DNA of 31,008 nucleotides from positions 1-31,008 of the forward strand of contig JANLWX010000214.1 in the NCBI GenBank assembly GCA_031364845.1, written 5' to 3'. Of this stretch, positions 28,591-31,008 are shown one piece after another (positions within the stretch are counted from its first letter, which is position 1; each line of letters begins with the position of its first letter). The translations under genes and the position numbers were made by a program. The DNA is from Candidatus Eiseniibacteriota bacterium (GTDB lineage Bacteria > Eisenbacteria > RBG-16-71-46). Below the pieces are notes generated by a model, which saw only the letters and a program-made list of their open reading frames with translations, was not told where the DNA came from and did not search any database.

Positions 28591-28968
28591 ATGCTGCAGA
28601 CCGCTTCACGCCCCCGGACCCCGCGTTTCGTTCGTCACGCCGCCGTTGCAACTGTACTGATGCTCGCCGCCATCGCGTGCGCGCAATGTCGCCCGGTCAC
28701 CGATGCCGTCACCGGTGTGGACATCGCCGTCCATTCGGGTTCCATGCGCCCGCCGATATGTCTGCACGGATGCACGGCGCGATTCCGCCGCGCCCATCGT
28801 GAGGAGGCGGTCCGTCATCACCGCGCCATGAAGCTGTGCCGGCGTGACCGTGCCTGCAAGGCCGCCGAGCGTCTCACGCACCGTGAGCGCATCGCGGCAC
28901 TCGCGGCGGGCCTGCGCGAGTGCCGCCGTGGGTGCTACGGCGAGGGATCGGGATCGGGCGGGCGTTGA
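28591..28968 (+). CDS. Small secreted or lipoprotein-like Cys-rich helical protein
   Basis: GGAGG RBS at 28580-28584, hydrophobic segment ending LAAIAC, and CxxxC / Cx5C / CxxxC pattern. Confidence 0.6.
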   Translation: MLQTASRPRTPRFVRHAAVATVLMLAAIACAQCRPVTDAVTGVDIAVHSGSMRPPICLHGCTARFRRAHREEAVRHHRAMKLCRRDRACKAAERLTHRERIAALAAGLRECRRGCYGEGSGSGGR

Positions 28969-28975
28969 GTCGCGA

Positions 28976-29569
28976 TCACGAGCCTCCGACCGTTCCGCGC
29001 GTGAGCTGGAGGATCTGTTCCCCGGCGAGTTCCTGCCCGATCACCGACAGCTTGAGCGTGCCGCGGCGGTCGAGCAGCAGGAACGCCGGGCGCATCTCGG
29101 GGTGGGTTCCGTCGCGCAGGCCGTAGAGCGATCCGATCTGACCCATCTCATCGGCGAGCATGAGGAACGACAGCTCTTCGCGCGCGCTCAGACTGCGCAC
29201 GTGCGAGACGCGCTCACGGCACACGGCGACGAGCCGCACGCCGAGCCGGCGCAGGTCGTGGTCGATGGGCTGGAGCGAGGGAATCGGGTTCGAGCGGTCG
29301 GAGAACACGAGCGCCACCCAGTCGCCGCGCAGCGACGACAGCTTCACCGATTTGCCGCGGGAGCCTTCGAGAGTGAAGTCCGGCGCCGCATCGCCGGGGT
29401 AGATGCGGGACATCGCGGTCGGGCTCGAGCGCGGAGCGCCCGAGGATGACTTCTCTTCGTCGCTCGGCCGCGGTGTGTAGTCTTTGCCGTCCTGCTGAGC
29501 GCTCGCGATGCCGAAGTGCAGAGTCGCGGTGATCAACACCGCCGCAAGTGTTCCGATACGTGCATTCAT
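28976..29569 (-). CDS. Secreted AhpC/TSA (redoxin)-fold protein lacking the catalytic Cys motif
   Basis: GGAGG RBS, signal peptide, GDAAPDFTL...GKSVKLSSLRGDWVALVF, LSFLMLAD...YGL and PAFLLLDRRG. Confidence 0.8.
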   Translation of the reverse strand: MNARIGTLAAVLITATLHFGIASAQQDGKDYTPRPSDEEKSSSGAPRSSPTAMSRIYPGDAAPDFTLEGSRGKSVKLSSLRGDWVALVFSDRSNPIPSLQPIDHDLRRLGVRLVAVCRERVSHVRSLSAREELSFLMLADEMGQIGSLYGLRDGTHPEMRPAFLLLDRRGTLKLSVIGQELAGEQILQLTRGTVGGS

Positions 29570-29709
29570 GTCGCACCTCCCGGTCGAAGGGGGATTCGGT
29601 TTCGTTCCGAGTGTGGCGGGTGCGTCGTGCTGCATGGCGTCCGGAGGTCGGCCGGGATCCGGTCGGCGGGCGGGCGCCGTGCAAGCACGGCGCGACCGGC
29701 GCCTCGATG

Positions 29710-30723
29710 TCACGGCGAGCGGCCGTGGCTCATCATGGATTCGACCGTGTCACGCAGCGCTCGCAGGTTCGCGGGCGGCGTGTGCGGGAAGATCGAACAA
29801 CCGGGAGCGGCGAGCCAGCGGCGGCCGCCGGTCTGTTCGTTCGCGCGCTGCAATTCTTCGAGCACGCCCGAGGGATCGTTCTGCACCAGCGCTCCCTCAT
29901 GGGAGATGCCGCCCATGACGGCGGCGTGCGAGTGCTTGAGAGCTTCGGCCAGCGAAGGATTGCTCGCATCGGTGGCCGCCCACGACAGCGCCTGCACCGG
30001 ATAGTCCGCCAGTTCGAGCAGCAGATTGTTGCCTTTGCAGACGTGCAGCACGTTGAACGGGGAGTTCGCGGTTTTCGCGAGGATTCGCAGGTCGTAGGGC
30101 CGGGCCCAGGTCGCGTACTCCTCGGCACTCATCCAGTCGCGGGACCCCCAGTCGACCGTGGCGAAGAAGATGCCGTCCGCGCCCGCTTCGAGCACCGCCG
30201 GAACGTAACGCTCGTACGTGCGCGTCACCGCTTCGAGTGCGCCGCGCACGAGGTCGGGGGAGTGGTCGATGTGCGCGCGCAATGTTGAGGGAACGTCGAC
30301 CAACTCTCCGAGCACCGCGAGCGGAGTGAAGACCGTCTCGATCAGCGGCACGTCGGCAGGGAGCGCGCGGCGCATCATTCGGACGGCTTCGATCTGTTCC
30401 GCGAACGCGGCGGAGTCGAACGGGCGCTCGGTGATCGCACTCCAGTCCTTCGCCTCGTGCACCGGCCATCGTTCGAGCACCGGCTTCTGATTCGGCACGC
30501 CGCTGTAGCGGTAGCTCACGCCCCACGGTTCGACGTGATAGTGCTTGCGCGGATTGAGCTTGATCCAGTCCCACGAATACTCGCGCTGGGACTCGAGCGT
30601 GGCTTCGACGAGTGCTTCGGCCGACGACTCGCGATGATAGAAGTGGCCCCAGAAGCCGATCGGCGGCCGATCGACGGGCCGGCCCTCGAGTGCGGCGTAC
30701 ACACGCTCGCGAGACGTCATCAT
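29710..30723 (-). CDS. Uroporphyrinogen decarboxylase (URO-D/MtaA-CmuA) superfamily protein
   Basis: MTSRERV...GRPVDRPP, LEAGADGIFFA, VLHVC, VMGGISH and LAAPGCS...TPPANL. GGAGG RBS. Lacks the RQAGR motif of HemE. Confidence 0.82.
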   Translation of the reverse strand: MMTSRERVYAALEGRPVDRPPIGFWGHFYHRESSAEALVEATLESQREYSWDWIKLNPRKHYHVEPWGVSYRYSGVPNQKPVLERWPVHEAKDWSAITERPFDSAAFAEQIEAVRMMRRALPADVPLIETVFTPLAVLGELVDVPSTLRAHIDHSPDLVRGALEAVTRTYERYVPAVLEAGADGIFFATVDWGSRDWMSAEEYATWARPYDLRILAKTANSPFNVLHVCKGNNLLLELADYPVQALSWAATDASNPSLAEALKHSHAAVMGGISHEGALVQNDPSGVLEELQRANEQTGGRRWLAAPGCSIFPHTPPANLRALRDTVESMMSHGRSP

Positions 30724-30869
30724 ATGAGGCACCTCCGGAACGACTTTCGCGCGCCTGTGATGAGCGCCGAGCCCGCACGCGAATATCGCGACGGGCCGAA
30801 AGTCGTGGGGGAAACGACACCCAGACTCTAGACCTCGCCCCGGGGGGCTACAAGGACTGGTTGGTGGCG

Positions 30870-31008
30870 TGTAGAGAGCACATGATGTGACCGCTCAGCG
30901 GCGGGGGTGATAGACCGGCGGCTTCTCCCACCCAGGAGGAGCTGATGCAGGCCTATTCACCCACCGCCAAGGAGCGAGCGATGAAGATGCGAGAGGTATT
31001 ACTGGAGG
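30870..31008 (+). mobile_element. Left end of a probable ISNCY/IS1202-like insertion sequence
   Basis: TGT-initiated terminal sequence TGTAGAGAGCACATGATGTGACCGCT (30870-30895), followed by an RBS and a transposase-like N-terminus. Only the left end is visible. Confidence 0.55.
30945..31008 (+). CDS. Probable ISNCY-family transposase, N-terminal fragment (truncated by the window edge)
   Basis: AGGAGG RBS at 30934-30939. MQAYSPTAKERAMKMREVLLE resembles the ERAMK.QEV.L starts I recall for ISNCY transposases. Only 21 codons are visible. Confidence 0.55.
   Translation, partial: MQAYSPTAKERAMKMREVLLE

Noticed and set aside
28976..29569. Selenoprotein (UGA read-through) given selA nearby
   Set aside because: No in-frame TGA at the active-site position, and no other gene in the window shows a convincing UGA-split pattern.
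30740..30806. Hammerhead ribozyme (TGATGAG...CGAAA on +)
   Set aside because: The core reads GUGAUGA rather than CUGAUGA, no stem I can form, and the GAAA is sequestered in the 10-bp stem.

Overview
GC-rich bacterial chromosomal window. The C-terminal protein motifs suggest Eisenbacteria or a related lineage (inference only). The left half is mostly housekeeping: a livK(partial)-H-M-G-F ABC operon, a convergent HAMP-GAF hybrid sensor kinase, a selA-smc-ftsY run, a secreted hypothetical protein and radC. The right half holds two secreted proteins (one ending in an SWGSLKLFYR tail), dut, a lone receiver protein, beta-carbonic anhydrase, a DUF1801 protein, a Zn-ribbon/PH-domain membrane protein, a ~1.7-kaa four-propeller FG-GAP/ASPIC-UnbV protein, comM/yifB, a small Cys-rich secreted protein, a redoxin-fold protein lacking the catalytic Cys motif, and a URO-D-family enzyme. 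The left end of a probable ISNCY/IS1202-like element sits at the window edge. The most notable non-genic signals are: (1) a ~176-bp multi-stem element present twice (1089-1264 on +, 7428-7605 on -) with compensatory base changes and four GCGNAGC mini-hairpin motifs; (2) a 760-bp islet with two decayed attC-like sites around an orphan ORF, bounded by a 72/74-bp duplication of a gene's 3' end; (3) a perfect 22-bp palindrome at the selA promoter; (4) a three-way-junction leader upstream of the URO-D gene. All calls come from reading the sequence; no searches were run.
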